This document shows, piece after piece, positions 17,915 to 28,795 of a stretch of DNA of 64,000 nt. The notes below the pieces were generated by a model. It was not told the DNA's origin, searched no databases, and saw nothing but the letters and a program-made list of their open reading frames with translations. A program made the position numbers and the translations under genes. The stretch comes from Alphaproteobacteria bacterium. Its GTDB lineage: Bacteria; Pseudomonadota; Alphaproteobacteria; JAAXGF01. The DNA lies in assembly GCA_963555825.3 (NCBI GenBank), contig CAUVXB020000002.1, positions 1,920,001-1,984,000 on the forward strand, written 5' to 3'. How positions within the stretch are numbered: the first letter of the stretch is position 1; every line of letters starts with the position of its first letter.

Positions 17915-18609
17915 GTGTCCTTGTAGCGGTACCCGACCCCGTACAGCGTCTCGATCTGGGCGAAATTCTCGTCGATGGCCCTGAACTTCTTGCGTAGGCG
18001 CTTGATGTGGCTGTCGATCGTGCGGTCGTCGACATAGACGTTGTCGTCGTAGGTCGCGTCCATCAGCTGATCGCGGCTGCGCACGTGGCCGGGCCGCGAG
18101 GCCAGCGACTTTAGGATCAGGAACTCGGTCACGGTCAGCGTGACCGGTTGGTCGCACCAGGTACACAGGTGGCGCGATGGTTCGAGCACCAGGTCGCCGC
18201 GCACCATGGTTGCCTCGCGGTCGCGGTCGTCGTCGGCTCGGCTCGTGTCGGCGCGACGAAGCACGGCGCGGATGCGCTCGACCAGGAGGCGCTGGGAGAA
18301 CGGTTTGCGGATGTAGTCGTCGGCGCCCATCTTGAAGCCGACCACCTCGTCGATGTCCTCGTCCTTCGAGGTCAGGAAGATGACCGGCACGTCGGATTGC
18401 CGGCGCAGGCGGCCCAACAGCTCGATGCCGTCCATGCGCGGCATCTTGATATCGAGCACGACGAGGTCGACCGGGCGCTGCGCGAGGCCGCGCAGCGCGC
18501 CTTCGCTGTCGGCATAGGTCTTGACGCGGAAGCCTTCGGCCTCGAGCGCCATGGCGACCGTGGTGAGGATGTTCTGGTCGTCGTCGACCAAGGCGATGGT
18601 ATAGCTCAC
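17911..18609 (-). CDS. chvI: Response regulator ChvI
   Basis: [21 protein letters not shown] and [18 protein letters not shown]. Confidence 0.95.
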   Translation of the reverse strand: MSYTIALVDDDQNILTTVAMALEAEGFRVKTYADSEGALRGLAQRPVDLVVLDIKMPRMDGIELLGRLRRQSDVPVIFLTSKDEDIDEVVGFKMGADDYIRKPFSQRLLVERIRAVLRRADTSRADDDRDREATMVRGDLVLEPSRHLCTWCDQPVTLTVTEFLILKSLASRPGHVRSRDQLMDATYDDNVYVDDRTIDSHIKRLRKKFRAIDENFAQIETLYGVGYRYKDT

Positions 18610-18722
18610 GGCGCCAATACTACCTGTGCGGCGGGCGATTTTCCATCGCGCCGCGCAATGTTGACGCCCGCCACGACGCGCTCGTAGAGTGGCCCGTTCC
18701 GAACCGCCGAGAGCCCCGCGCC

Positions 18723-19460
18723 GTGACCCGCGATTTCACCGCCGCCGACGCCCGCGCGCTGATGCGCGTTGCCGACACAGCGACACTCGCGACCGCCGGG
18801 CGCGACCCGGCCGGCTGGCCCTATGCGTCGCTGGTGTTGGTCGCGCTCGACCACGATGCGTCACCGATCCTGCTGCTCTCCGACCTCGCCGAGCACAGCA
18901 AGAACGCGGCCGGCGACGATCGCGTCTCGCTGTTGTTCGATGGCACCGCCGGCCTCGCCGAGCGGCTGACCGGACCGCGCCTCAGTGTCCAGGGGCGCCT
19001 CGCGAAGACCGCCGAGCCGCGCCACCGCGCGCGCTTCCTGGCGCGTCACGCGTCGGCCGCGCAATACGCCGATTTCGCTGATTTCCACGTCTACCGCGTC
19101 GCGCTCGAGGGCGCGCATGTGGTCGCCGGCTTCGGGCGCATCCACGCGATCGCCGCCGACGATCTGCGCTATGACGCGCCCGCCGCGCTCGCCGCGGCCG
19201 AGGCCGACATCGTCGCGCATATGAACGGCGACCACGCCGACGCGGTGGCGCTCTATGCGCGCGAGCTCTGCGGCCTCGCGGGCGACGGCGCGGCGCTCGT
19301 CGGCGTCGACCCCGAGGGCTGCGACCTGCGCGTCGGCGCGCGTCTCGCGCGCCTCGCCTTCGAGGCGCCTGTCGCCGACGCTCAAGACGCGCGTCAGGCG
19401 CTGATCGCGCTCGTCCAACGCGCGCGGCAGCGGGCCGCCGCGCAGTCCGCCCGACAGTGA
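18723..19460 (+). CDS. HugZ/pyridoxamine 5'-phosphate oxidase-like protein with DUF2470 domain
   Basis: [26 protein letters not shown] and IVAHMNGDH. Confidence 0.85.
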   Translation: MTRDFTAADARALMRVADTATLATAGRDPAGWPYASLVLVALDHDASPILLLSDLAEHSKNAAGDDRVSLLFDGTAGLAERLTGPRLSVQGRLAKTAEPRHRARFLARHASAAQYADFADFHVYRVALEGAHVVAGFGRIHAIAADDLRYDAPAALAAAEADIVAHMNGDHADAVALYARELCGLAGDGAALVGVDPEGCDLRVGARLARLAFEAPVADAQDARQALIALVQRARQRAAAQSARQ

Positions 19461-19596
19461 CGGCGAAAATCTGCGCGTCCGGGCGCGATCAGGCCAGACC
19501 ATCCTTGCGTCACCTTTTGAAATTTGGTGAACTGGCGAGCAATCGCGCGGGCGCCGGGGGCGGTCGGACTTGGGCGTCGAAGAGAACGGAATTTCA

Positions 19597-19617
19597 GGGG
19601 GGGGGGGGGGGGGGGGG
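19597..19617 (+). repeat. G21 homopolymer immediately upstream of pckA
   Basis: 21 consecutive G, then CCG and the ATG at 19621. Confidence 0.9.
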
Positions 19618-19620
19618 CCG

Positions 19621-21225
19621 ATGCGAACGCCCGGACCGATTATCGGTAGTTACGGATTAGAGAACCACGGCCTGCGCAACCTGGCGGCGGCGCATTGGAA
19701 CTACACCACCGCGGGCCTCTACGAGGAAGCGATCCGGCGCAACGAGGGGCAGATGGCCCACGGCGGCGCGCTGGTCGTACTGACCGGCAAACACACCGGC
19801 CGCTCGGCCAACGACAAATTCATCGTCGAGGAGCCATCGAGCGCCGACAATATCTGGTGGGGCGCGGTCAACAAGCCGCTCTCGATGGAGCGCTACGCCG
19901 CGCTCAAGCAGCGCATGGTGGCCTATCTGCAGGGTCGCGAGGTGTTCGTCCAGGACTGCTTCGCCGGCGCCGATACGCGCCATCGCCTGGCTGTGCGCGT
20001 GGTTACCGAGCACGCCTGGCACAACCTGTTCGCGCGCAACATGTTCATCATCCCCGAGCGCGCCGACTTGCTCGAGTTCGAGCCCGGCCTGACGGTAATC
20101 CAGGCGCCCGACTTCCTGGCCGACCCGGGGCGCGACGGCACCAACAGCCCGGTCTTCGTCATCGTCAACTTCGCCGAGCGCGAGGTGCTGATCGGCGGCA
20201 CGTCGTATGCCGGCGAGATCAAGAAGTCGGTCTTCTCGGTACTCAACTACCTGTTGCCCGCCGCCTCGGTGCTGCCGACGCACTCGTCGGTCAACGTCGG
20301 TCCAGAGGGCGACTCGGCAATCTTCTTCGGCCTCTCGGGTACCGGCAAGACGACGCTGTCGGCCGACCCGAAACGCACGCTAGTCGGCGACGACGAGCAC
20401 GGCTGGGGCGACGACGGCGTGTTCAACTTCGAAGGCGGCTGCTACGCAAAGGTGATCCGGCTGAGCGCCGAAGACGAGCCCGAAATCTACGCCACCACCC
20501 AGCGCTTCGGCACGATCCTCGAGAACGTCGTCATCGACGACAACCGCCAGCTCGACCTCGACGACGCGAGCTACACCGAGAACACCCGGGCGTCGTATCC
20601 GCTCGACTACATTCCCAACGCGTCCGCGACCGGCTGCGCGGGCCAGCCGAAGAACGTCGTCATGCTGACCGCCGACGCGTTCGGCGTGCTGCCGCCGATC
20701 GCCAAGCTCAGCCCCGAGCAGGCGATGTACCACTTCCTGTCGGGCTACACCGCCAAGGTGGCGGGCACCGAGAAGGGCCTCGGCAACGAGCCGCAGGCGA
20801 CATTTTCGACCTGCTTCGGCGCGCCCTTCATGCCGCGCCATCCGTCGGTCTACGCCGAGATGCTCGGCAAACGGATCGAGAGCCACGAGACCAATTGCTG
20901 GCTGGTCAACACCGGTTGGAGCGGCGGCGCCTACGGCGTCGGCAGCCGGATGAAGATCCAATACACCCGCGCGCTGTTGCATGCCGCGCTCGACGGCAGG
21001 CTGGCGACGGCGCCGATGAGCGTCGACCCGAGCTTCGGCCTGACCGTGCCCGACGCCTGCCCCGACGTGCCGAGCGAGGTGCTGCGGCCACGCGACACCT
21101 GGGCCGACAAGCAGGCCTACGACGACACGGCGCGCGACCTGGTCGGCCGTTTCCACGCCAACTTCGACGATTTTGCGCCCTATGTCGACGACGAGGTGAA
21201 GGCCGCGGCGCCGCGCGCGGCTTAG
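19621..21225 (+). CDS. pckA: Phosphoenolpyruvate carboxykinase (ATP)
   Basis: [36 protein letters not shown] and FSTCFGAPF. Confidence 0.97.
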   Translation: MRTPGPIIGSYGLENHGLRNLAAAHWNYTTAGLYEEAIRRNEGQMAHGGALVVLTGKHTGRSANDKFIVEEPSSADNIWWGAVNKPLSMERYAALKQRMVAYLQGREVFVQDCFAGADTRHRLAVRVVTEHAWHNLFARNMFIIPERADLLEFEPGLTVIQAPDFLADPGRDGTNSPVFVIVNFAEREVLIGGTSYAGEIKKSVFSVLNYLLPAASVLPTHSSVNVGPEGDSAIFFGLSGTGKTTLSADPKRTLVGDDEHGWGDDGVFNFEGGCYAKVIRLSAEDEPEIYATTQRFGTILENVVIDDNRQLDLDDASYTENTRASYPLDYIPNASATGCAGQPKNVVMLTADAFGVLPPIAKLSPEQAMYHFLSGYTAKVAGTEKGLGNEPQATFSTCFGAPFMPRHPSVYAEMLGKRIESHETNCWLVNTGWSGGAYGVGSRMKIQYTRALLHAALDGRLATAPMSVDPSFGLTVPDACPDVPSEVLRPRDTWADKQAYDDTARDLVGRFHANFDDFAPYVDDEVKAAAPRAA

Positions 21226-21229
21226 CCAA

Positions 21230-21253
21230 TCCATGGTGAGAAATCCGGGCTAG
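21230..21253. repeat. Solo end of the CTAG-bounded repeat family, copy B
   Basis: TCCATGGTGAGAAATCCGGGCTAG fills the pckA-marC gap. Confidence 0.7.
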
Positions 21254-21255
21254 CC

Positions 21256-21885
21256 ATGAGCGAGACGATCATCGCCACGTTCGTCACCTTCGTCGTCGTC
21301 GTCGACCCGATCAGCACTACGCCGCTCTTTGCCGCCCTGACCGCCGAGGCCTCGGCGTCCGAGCGGCGCCGCATCGCGCTGCGCGGCGTGGCCATCGCGA
21401 CCGGCGTATTGATCGCCTTCGCGTTGGGCGGCGAATGGTTGCTGACTGCACTGGGCATCGGCCTGCCCGCCTTCCGCATCGCTGGCGGCATCCTGCTGCT
21501 GCTGCTCGCCATCGACATGGTGATGGCGCGGCAATCGGGCTTGCGCGCGATGACACCCGGCGAGGAGGCGGAAAGCAACCAACGCGCCGACGTCTCGGTA
21601 TTCCCGCTGGCGATCCCGCTGATCGCCGGGCCCGGCGCGCTGACCATGGTGGTGCTGCTGATGGGCGCGGCGGCGGGCGACCTCAGGACTCAGGCGGTGA
21701 TCATCGCCGTGCTCGTCGCCGTGCTGGTCGTCACGCTCGCCTGTCTGCTGCTGGTGAACGGGATCATGCGGCTCTTGGGCGTCACCGGCATCAACGTGGT
21801 GACGCGTGTCTTCGGCATCATCACCGCCGCGCTGGCCGTGTAGTTCATCGTCGACGGCCTGCTCGCGGTGTGGCCGGCGGCCTAG
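21256..21885 (+). pseudogene. marC: MarC family protein with premature TAG at 21841-21843 (may still be a slightly truncated product)
   Basis: VDPI, AFRIAGGILL and VFPLAIPLIAGPGA. ALAV*FIVDGL continues in frame to the TAG at 21885. Confidence 0.8.
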
Positions 21886-22418
21886 CCGACGGATGGCGAA
21901 TCCGGCAAAAAACGCGACGACCAGTTGGCTGGTCCCCGCGCTGTATCGATAGCAGGCGTAGTCGTAACCTGGGCCTATCACAGCACGGAACATCGGGCTC
22001 GGCCTATCCAGATCGCACGCACGATGCTATGCTATGCGTCAATTCAGGTCTATCTGGGTTGTGTCGAGTAAATAGTCGGAACCCTTTCCCGGACGATCGT
22101 GTGAATGAGCCTGTGAACCAACAGATATCGATACCGCTCGAGGAAAGCTCGAGTGGGGATACCGAACGCGGTGGAAACAATGACGCCGCCGCGGTGAGCG
22201 AGGGCGGGAGCACCAAAGCTGAACGCCAGGAGTTCTTTTTGCCGGTCTCGAACTTTGTTTGGTTCTATCCGGAGGAAGTGAAAATAATCAACCATCCGGC
22301 CTTTCAAAGGCTTGGACGCATTAATCAGCTCGGCCAATCGTATTTGGTCTTCAGAGGAGCAACTCACAAGAGAATTGAACACTCTATGGGCACAGTCGAC
22401 ATATTGCAACGTATGATC

Positions 22419-23523
22419 CTTGCCTATCCGGTTAACGCCCATGACCGCTACATGTAGGGTGCCGCCACTCTCCCGAGTAAAGCTCGGCATAGGTTGGAGC
22501 AGAGGTGTCGCCCGCGATGCCGAGCAATGAGCGGAAGGCGTTGAACGGGTAGAACCGCCTGTTGAAGCGGAAGGTGAACTCGTTGAGGTAGGCTTGTAGG
22601 TGCTGGTGGCTAACGCCGTGGTGGATACCGATCAGCCACGTCTTCAGGTTGGCGAAAACCAGATGGATGATCGGCAGGTATTGCTCGGCAACCTCTGGAT
22701 CACCACACTCGGCAACAGCGAAGTGCTCATAGCCGCGCTTACCGAGGCCAGCATAGCCGCTCCAATCGTCAGTAACGATCAGCGATCCCGGCGCGACGGT
22801 GCTCTCGACGAACCCACAGAGCGACTCGGCGCTACGGTCGAGCACGACGGCGAGCCGAACGCGTCCGGCATAGCGTCCGTCTTTCCGGTTGTCGAGCTTG
22901 GTGCCCGGCTTTCGATGACGCACCTCGATGGCACAGGAGACGAGAACCTTGTGGTGAACACCACGGCCTTCCCCACGCGTTCGCCCGCCAACCCAGGTTT
23001 CGTCCACCTCAACATGGTTCTTGGGCTGTCCACCGATCCTGTCTTGGTTGGGCCGCACCATGCCCGAGCGGAGCTTGTGGAGAATTTGAAAGGCCGTCTC
23101 GTAGCGCGAAAGACCAAGTTGCCGCTGAAACTGCACGGCGGACATGCCGGGCGTCTGACTGGCGACCAGATAAGCGGCCCAGAACCAGACGTTCAGCGGA
23201 GTGTGGCTACGCTCCATCACTGTTCCCACCGTCAGCCCGGTGTTCTGGCGGCACTTGCGGCAGCGCAGGACGCCAGGGCGGTTTTCAAAGTGGAACGGCT
23301 CTCCCGCCGTGCCGCAGTGCGGGCAGGCAAAGCCGTCTCCCCAGCGGGCTTTCTCCAGGTAGGCGGCGCAGGCCGCATCATCGGGGAAAAGTCGCTGGAA
23401 CTCGGGTAGCGAATGCGGGAATGGGAGATCGGCGCGGTCGAGAACATCCATGGCGCGCTCCCCTATATCCGGTTTGCGCCCATTCTAGCCCTAGTGGGTG
23501 TGGGTGTAAACCGGATAGGCAAG
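22419..23523 (-). mobile_element. IS1595-family element
   Basis: TIR CTTGCCTATCCGGTT(a/t)AC(g/a)CCC. 8-bp TSD GTATGATC at 22411-22418 and 23524-23531. Confidence 0.95.
22432..23451 (-). CDS. IS1595 family transposase
   Basis: Zn ribbon CPHCG...CRKC, VEVDET, VTDDWSGY and YLNEFTFRFNRR. Confidence 0.95.
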   Translation of the reverse strand: MDVLDRADLPFPHSLPEFQRLFPDDAACAAYLEKARWGDGFACPHCGTAGEPFHFENRPGVLRCRKCRQNTGLTVGTVMERSHTPLNVWFWAAYLVASQTPGMSAVQFQRQLGLSRYETAFQILHKLRSGMVRPNQDRIGGQPKNHVEVDETWVGGRTRGEGRGVHHKVLVSCAIEVRHRKPGTKLDNRKDGRYAGRVRLAVVLDRSAESLCGFVESTVAPGSLIVTDDWSGYAGLGKRGYEHFAVAECGDPEVAEQYLPIIHLVFANLKTWLIGIHHGVSHQHLQAYLNEFTFRFNRRFYPFNAFRSLLGIAGDTSAPTYAELYSGEWRHPTCSGHGR

Positions 23524-24732
23524 GTATGATCGACGCTATACAGCACAACAGCAAGAAGAAGCGGCACCCGAAATGCGCAAAACCGCTTAGCAGGGCCGAA
23601 GAGCGCTTCACACGACTAGGTGCCCTGCTCCACGACATCGGTCACTTGGCCGCAGGCCACACCCTGGAAGACGAGCTCGGCCTGGTCGGCCATCATGACG
23701 CCGACGGACGGCTCGATCACATGTTCGAGTCCGACGATTTCAAGAACGTTGAGGACAATACGCTTGCCGAGCTGATCGACAAGGACTACGAGACATACGT
23801 TCCGAATGACCTCAAGAAACAAGGGATTGCCCCCTCTATCCTGGTGCGATTGCTGATTCGCAAGCCGCCGAAAAACCCGGACGAGGATAAACTGAAAGAA
23901 CAACAGGAGGTTCTGGACAAATCCAGGGATCCGCGACTCAACGTCTGCTCCAAAATGATCGCCGACACAGTCTGCGCCGATCTGCTCGATTATCTCCATA
24001 GGGACTGGTTTCATATTGGAAAACCGAGACCTTTCGACGAGCGAATTTTGCAGTACATGGAGATCCGCAATGTCGAAGAGTCTGCGACCGGCAACGAGAT
24101 GTTGCCGAGTGACGAGTTTGTTATCTCCTTGGGCCAGAGCCCGAAAATCAGGACCGACGGCGTTTCGGCCATTCTTGAGCTTCTCGAGTGGCGCTACCAG
24201 CTTGCCGAGACAGTGTTGTTTCACCGCACGAAACTTTCAGCCGCGGCAATGCTCGACCGTGCTTTGTACGAACTTTGGGGCGGCGATAAGGAGGTGAACA
24301 TCGAGAAGATCGTCCTTCCGCTCAGCGATGAGCAGTTAATCGACGTCTGTGCCGATATCGCGAAGTTCAAATTAAAGAACATAAGAAAGCCTGAATCAGC
24401 AAATTCAAAAGAAAGGATTTCCCAGCTGGAAGCTGCCCACAAACTCCTAACGGCCATTAAGCGAAGAGAATTATTTGCGGACTTGAGGACCTATTCCTAC
24501 GGCCAACTAAATTTGGAGGTCCGTAAGGAAGTGAAGAGACTTTATGGCATTGATGGTGATAAAGAGCCCGACAAAGAGAGCCCAAAGAGCCGCACAAGGG
24601 CTCTGCGCCTTATGGAGGATGATTTCGGGCTTCGAGCTATAACCGAATCTTGTGTACGGCGTTGAAATGAAGGCGGCGTATCCTGGTGATTGTTGATGTC
24701 ACCACTTGAGCTAAGCCAAGGAAGGATACGCC

Positions 24733-25977
24733 ATGAAAGAGAATACCGTTGTTGCTTTTCAAAACCCATCTGATTTTCAGAAAGATCCGTTGACGGAAGT
24801 CCTACAAGCTGGAGCTCGCGAGTTGTTGGCCCAAGCCGTTGAGGCCGAGGTCTCCGTGTTTTTGGGTAGCCATGCGGCGCTTGTTGACGCCGCCGGCCGC
24901 CGCCGGGTTGTCCGCAATGGATATCTGCCGGAACGCTTCATCCAGACCGGGATCGGCCCGGTGAGCGTGCGCCAACCCCGTGTGCGGGACCGGGGGGACG
25001 GCGCCATCCGCTTCACGTCGGCGATCCTGCCGCGCTATCTGCGCCGCGCCAAGAGCCTGGAAGACCTTTTGCCATGGCTGTATCTGAAGGGCATTTCCAC
25101 CGGCGACTTCGGGGAAGCCTTGGCGGCGCTCCTGGGGAGCTCCGCGCCGGGGCTTTCGGCCTCCACGATCACCCGGCTGAAAGAGGTCTGGGGGGTTGAG
25201 GCGGAGCGCTGGCAACGGCGCGACCTCACGGCCAAGCGCTACGTCTATTTCTGGGTGGACGGCATCTATTTCAGCGCCCGCATGGAGGAAGAGAAGCAGT
25301 GCATCCTGGTGATCGTCGGGGCCACGGACAAGGGACAGAAGGAACTGATCGCCATCGCCGACGGCTATCGCGAAAGTGAGCAGTCCTGGCTCGAAGTTCT
25401 GCTCGATCTCAAGCGGCGCGGCCTTGAAATGGGTCCGCAACTGGCGCTCGGCGACGGCGCGCTCGGCTTCTGGAAGGCGCTCCGCCAAGTCTACCCAGGC
25501 GCCCGCGAGCAACGCTGCTGGGTTCACAAGACGGGCAACGTCTTGAACAAGCTGCCCAAGGGTCTGCAAAAGAAAGCCAAGGGGCGCCTGCAAGACATCT
25601 GGATGGCCGAAACCAGGAAGGATGCCGAGAGCGCCTTCGACTTCTTCCTGGAAGCCTACGGGCCGAAGTACGACAAGGCCGCGGCCTGCCTGGCCAAGGA
25701 CCGCGACGTCCTGCTGACGTTCTACGACTTCCCCGCCGAGCACTGGAAGCATGTACGCACGACCAACCCCATCGAGAGCACGTTCGCCACGGTTCGTCTG
25801 CGCACCTACCGGACCAAGGGCTGCCTGTCGCGCAAGACGGCGATGGCCATGGTCTTCAAACTATGCCAGTGCGCTCAGAGAAAATGGAGAAAACTCGATG
25901 GATCGAACCATCTCGCCGAGATCATTCGCGGCGTCAAATTCGTAGATGGAGAACGCCAGGATCGCGCCGCCGCATGA
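24733..25977 (+). CDS. IS256 family transposase
   Basis: RNGYLPER, LYLKGISTGD, WVDGIY, GDGALGF, QRCWVHK and RTTNPIES. Confidence 0.96.
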   Translation: MKENTVVAFQNPSDFQKDPLTEVLQAGARELLAQAVEAEVSVFLGSHAALVDAAGRRRVVRNGYLPERFIQTGIGPVSVRQPRVRDRGDGAIRFTSAILPRYLRRAKSLEDLLPWLYLKGISTGDFGEALAALLGSSAPGLSASTITRLKEVWGVEAERWQRRDLTAKRYVYFWVDGIYFSARMEEEKQCILVIVGATDKGQKELIAIADGYRESEQSWLEVLLDLKRRGLEMGPQLALGDGALGFWKALRQVYPGAREQRCWVHKTGNVLNKLPKGLQKKAKGRLQDIWMAETRKDAESAFDFFLEAYGPKYDKAAACLAKDRDVLLTFYDFPAEHWKHVRTTNPIESTFATVRLRTYRTKGCLSRKTAMAMVFKLCQCAQRKWRKLDGSNHLAEIIRGVKFVDGERQDRAAA

Positions 25978-25997
25978 TCAGCCCATACACAACTTTT

Positions 25998-27798
25998 GAC
26001 GGGGCGGTAAAAAGTTGTTGGCCGATGGCGTGCTTGTACAGGTCTTTGCGGTTCGGTGAAGAATATTTGCCTGTCTCCGCGTTGCTGGTGGATAAAACCT
26101 GATATTACCTACCCTTGGCTTCTCCTTGGCTTCGTTTTTTATGGTGCGATTGCCGCGCAGCGTCGGATATTGAGGCCGAGGGCACGCAGATTGACCACGT
26201 AGCGCATGGCCGGCATGCCGCGAATGCGTAGGTGAGCCAGGTTCATCTGGTACTTTAATCGCGACATGGTCGCTTCTATGCCGGCCCGCCATCTGTAGAC
26301 GTTGCGGAAGGCATCGCTTTGTTCATAAAGCCGGCGCTTTTGGTTGGCAGCCCTGGCCGGGGTATATTGAAAGCGGGAAAATTGGCCGTCACGCTTGGCC
26401 GCCTGCACGGGACATCGCAGTATATCGGGACATTTTTGGCAGATGGAGAGGTCGAAACGGGCCTGCAGCTTGGCTTTGGCGAGCGAGGCTGAAACCGGTT
26501 CGACGTTATTGGGACAGCGCAAGACCAAGCCTTCTTCGTTGAGAGTGAAATCCTCCAACGTCAACCGTCCCGAGACGGCGCCTTTCGGCGGTCGTGCGGG
26601 CGCCACGAGATTGATGTTCTGTTCGCGCGTCAGAGCCATGTTGTCACTGGAACCGTAATGTGAATCACCCAGCATCACCGCCGGCGTCAGCGCGCGCTCG
26701 CTCAGATCATCCAGCGCATCGGCTAAGCGATGGCCGTCATGCACCGTCATCTTGTGGACCTCCACGTGGGTGATGAGGTCCGGTGTCGCGGCAACCGCCT
26801 CGTTACTGACATCTTCACAATAGGTTTCGACGATCTGCGCCATGTATCCTTGACCCTTGTGCGCGTTGTAGCTCGCGTCCGGGTCGGCCGGATTGCCGAC
26901 GGTATCGCACGGCACATCCTTTGGATCTCGAATCGCGGCGCGCGTTGCGTCACGATCGCCATACTCATCATCAACGATCTCGAACTGATCGCGCAGAACC
27001 CTCTCCAGGATCGCAAAACTGGAAAGCTTTGCCGCCGCCGTGTCACGGAATTGCAGCACCAGGGCTAGGAGATACTGACCCGCTTCGCCGAGGCGCCGTT
27101 TTGAAACACTCGGCGCCGTATTCGCGAACGCGCCATTACCCTCGCGATCGACATAGCGGCGGATCACCTCCTTGCTGATCTGCTCGTGCAGACCGGGATG
27201 ATATCGCTCAAGCTCACGGGCAAACTTCGAGATGCTCTCAACAACGATACCAAGTCGTGTCAGCGCCCGCATTGCCGAACGAAGGGCCGTCGAATCCATG
27301 CGTTGGTGGCTGGTATCGACAGAGAACCCCTGCACCAGCCGATCCGTCAAACACCGGAACAGCAATTCATCGAGACCTTGTTCGATAAACAGACGGCGAT
27401 AGTTGCGCAGGGTTTTCTCACAGAAATAGCTGTCCGCTTCGCTGCGCACGTCCAAGGCATAGTGCCACGCCATATTGAAGGCCAGGGCCTCGACGGTCTC
27501 TGCATCGCTCAGATCGTGCAGCTGCTGCAAAAGCAAGACCCCGATGACAACGTGTAGATCCTTCGATGGTCGGCCCATGCGTTCATCAAGGTGACGGCAA
27601 AGATCGTCAACCGGAAGTTCGACAAGCAGATGGTTCCGAAAAACCCCGGCCCAGGATTGCTCCATCAGGCGCCGACGTTTGTCCCCGAAATCGGACCAGC
27701 GATCAAACAATTCCCCAGTCCGTCGGTCGCGTAAAGTAAACATGCACAATTATAATCCAGCCGACTCTCATGAGGAATCGACTTTTTACCGCCCCGTC
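25998..27798 (-). mobile_element. IS1182/IS5-like element nested in the IS256 right TIR
   Basis: TIR (TT)GACGGGGCGGTAAAAAGT at both ends. The duplication reads as AACTTTT (7 bp) or CTT (3 bp), depending on where the ends are placed. Confidence 0.88.
26139..27749 (-). CDS. Transposase, IS1182/IS5-like DDE with C-terminal Cys cluster
   Basis: GRPSK...LLLQQLHDLSD, RMDST, LGDSHYGS and YRWRAGIEATMSRLK. Confidence 0.88.
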   Translation of the reverse strand: MCMFTLRDRRTGELFDRWSDFGDKRRRLMEQSWAGVFRNHLLVELPVDDLCRHLDERMGRPSKDLHVVIGVLLLQQLHDLSDAETVEALAFNMAWHYALDVRSEADSYFCEKTLRNYRRLFIEQGLDELLFRCLTDRLVQGFSVDTSHQRMDSTALRSAMRALTRLGIVVESISKFARELERYHPGLHEQISKEVIRRYVDREGNGAFANTAPSVSKRRLGEAGQYLLALVLQFRDTAAAKLSSFAILERVLRDQFEIVDDEYGDRDATRAAIRDPKDVPCDTVGNPADPDASYNAHKGQGYMAQIVETYCEDVSNEAVAATPDLITHVEVHKMTVHDGHRLADALDDLSERALTPAVMLGDSHYGSSDNMALTREQNINLVAPARPPKGAVSGRLTLEDFTLNEEGLVLRCPNNVEPVSASLAKAKLQARFDLSICQKCPDILRCPVQAAKRDGQFSRFQYTPARAANQKRRLYEQSDAFRNVYRWRAGIEATMSRLKYQMNLAHLRIRGMPAMRYVVNLRALGLNIRRCAAIAP

Positions 27799-28795
27799 AA
27801 CTTTTGACAATAGCTCTCGGGCTTCCGCGCGGAAGCATTGCCATGTATTGCGCCGAGATGAATCCGAAACTTGCCGAGGTCTCCATTGCAGTAGGCGACG
27901 AAGTTGCGCACTTCCACCAATATGAACTGAACAACAACAATGTGCTTTCAGGAGGTCACCTGGGGGCCCAGATTCGCCGGTTCGAGTATCTTTGGCGCGT
28001 CCACTTCTTCGTCGACCGAAAGACAAAGCTCTTCCTGGACGAGAACAATCTGTCGATCACCTTGAACCGCGCGATACGATCGCACGTCTTGGGCGATCTC
28101 CGTGACGAAGACCGCGAGCAGGTCGTCTGGGAACTCGCCAAAACGCTGGCGAACCACAAGACTTCCAAATGGCATGGGAGAGCAGTGAGGGGCCCTTCGT
28201 TGGAAACGGCGGCCAAAGCCGACAAGAGTGTCGCGGAAATTTATCCGACTGGATTGCCGCGCATTCAGTCCTACTTCGAAGACTCCGATCGGAGCAAATG
28301 AAGAGCGAGACCATACAGCGCTACCGCTGTGCCCTTGCGGCCAATGCATCCAGCCTATTCGATCACTCCCCGAATTTGCCGGTGTGTTTTGAGCGAATTT
28401 GTGCCTTTCTGAAGGCCGAGGTCGTTTACAGTGACAAAGTGGCCAGAAACCAGGCGTATCTGCGCAAAGAAATTAAGCGAGGCGAGTTCGTGAAAATTCT
28501 GTTGTCGCCAAGTGGACTCGGATCGCCGTATGAGCGATTTTACATTGCTCACGAACTCGCGCACCTCTTGCTGTGGCGAATTTACAAGGCAGTCCCACAC
28601 GGATCGAGCGAATACTGGCAATTCGAAGACATCTGCGACGAGTTCGCCAGGACCTTGTTGATGCCGGAGGTTGAGGTGCGGCACCGGCTTGCGGCGGAAC
28701 CACGCCACGCTACGACTATGCTAAAGGCGAGTTATCGGCTCGCAAACCTTGCCAAGGCACCTTGGGCGCAGTCAGCCTACCGCATATCGGAATTA

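Larger units (their letters stand above)
24634..27816 (+). mobile_element. IS256-family element whose right TIR is interrupted by a nested IS
   Basis: Left end GAGCTATAACCGAATCTTGTGTA. Right end ATACACAACTTTT|GACAATAGCTC. 9-bp TSD TCGGGCTTC at 24625-24633 and 27817-27825. Confidence 0.93.
22101..28301 (+). pseudogene. SAMHD1-like HD-superfamily phosphohydrolase (~631 aa), split into 22101-22418, 23532-24633 and 27826-28301 (start uncertain)
   Basis: HPAFQRLGRINQLG, ATHKRIEHSMGT, GALLHDIGH and ADLLDYLHRD. Joins QRMI|DAIQH and DDFGL|PRGS are in frame. Confidence 0.9.

Noticed and set aside
6156-21843. Selenocysteine/pyrrolysine or genetic-code recoding at the GST TGA and MarC TAG
   Set aside because: The positions are non-catalytic, both TGA and TAG end many normal genes here, and no recoding signal was recognised. 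Point mutation is the simpler explanation.
21435-22457. 340-aa ORF spanning marC and the island
   Set aside because: The 5' part is an off-frame read of marC. Only ~22101-22418 belongs to the HD gene.
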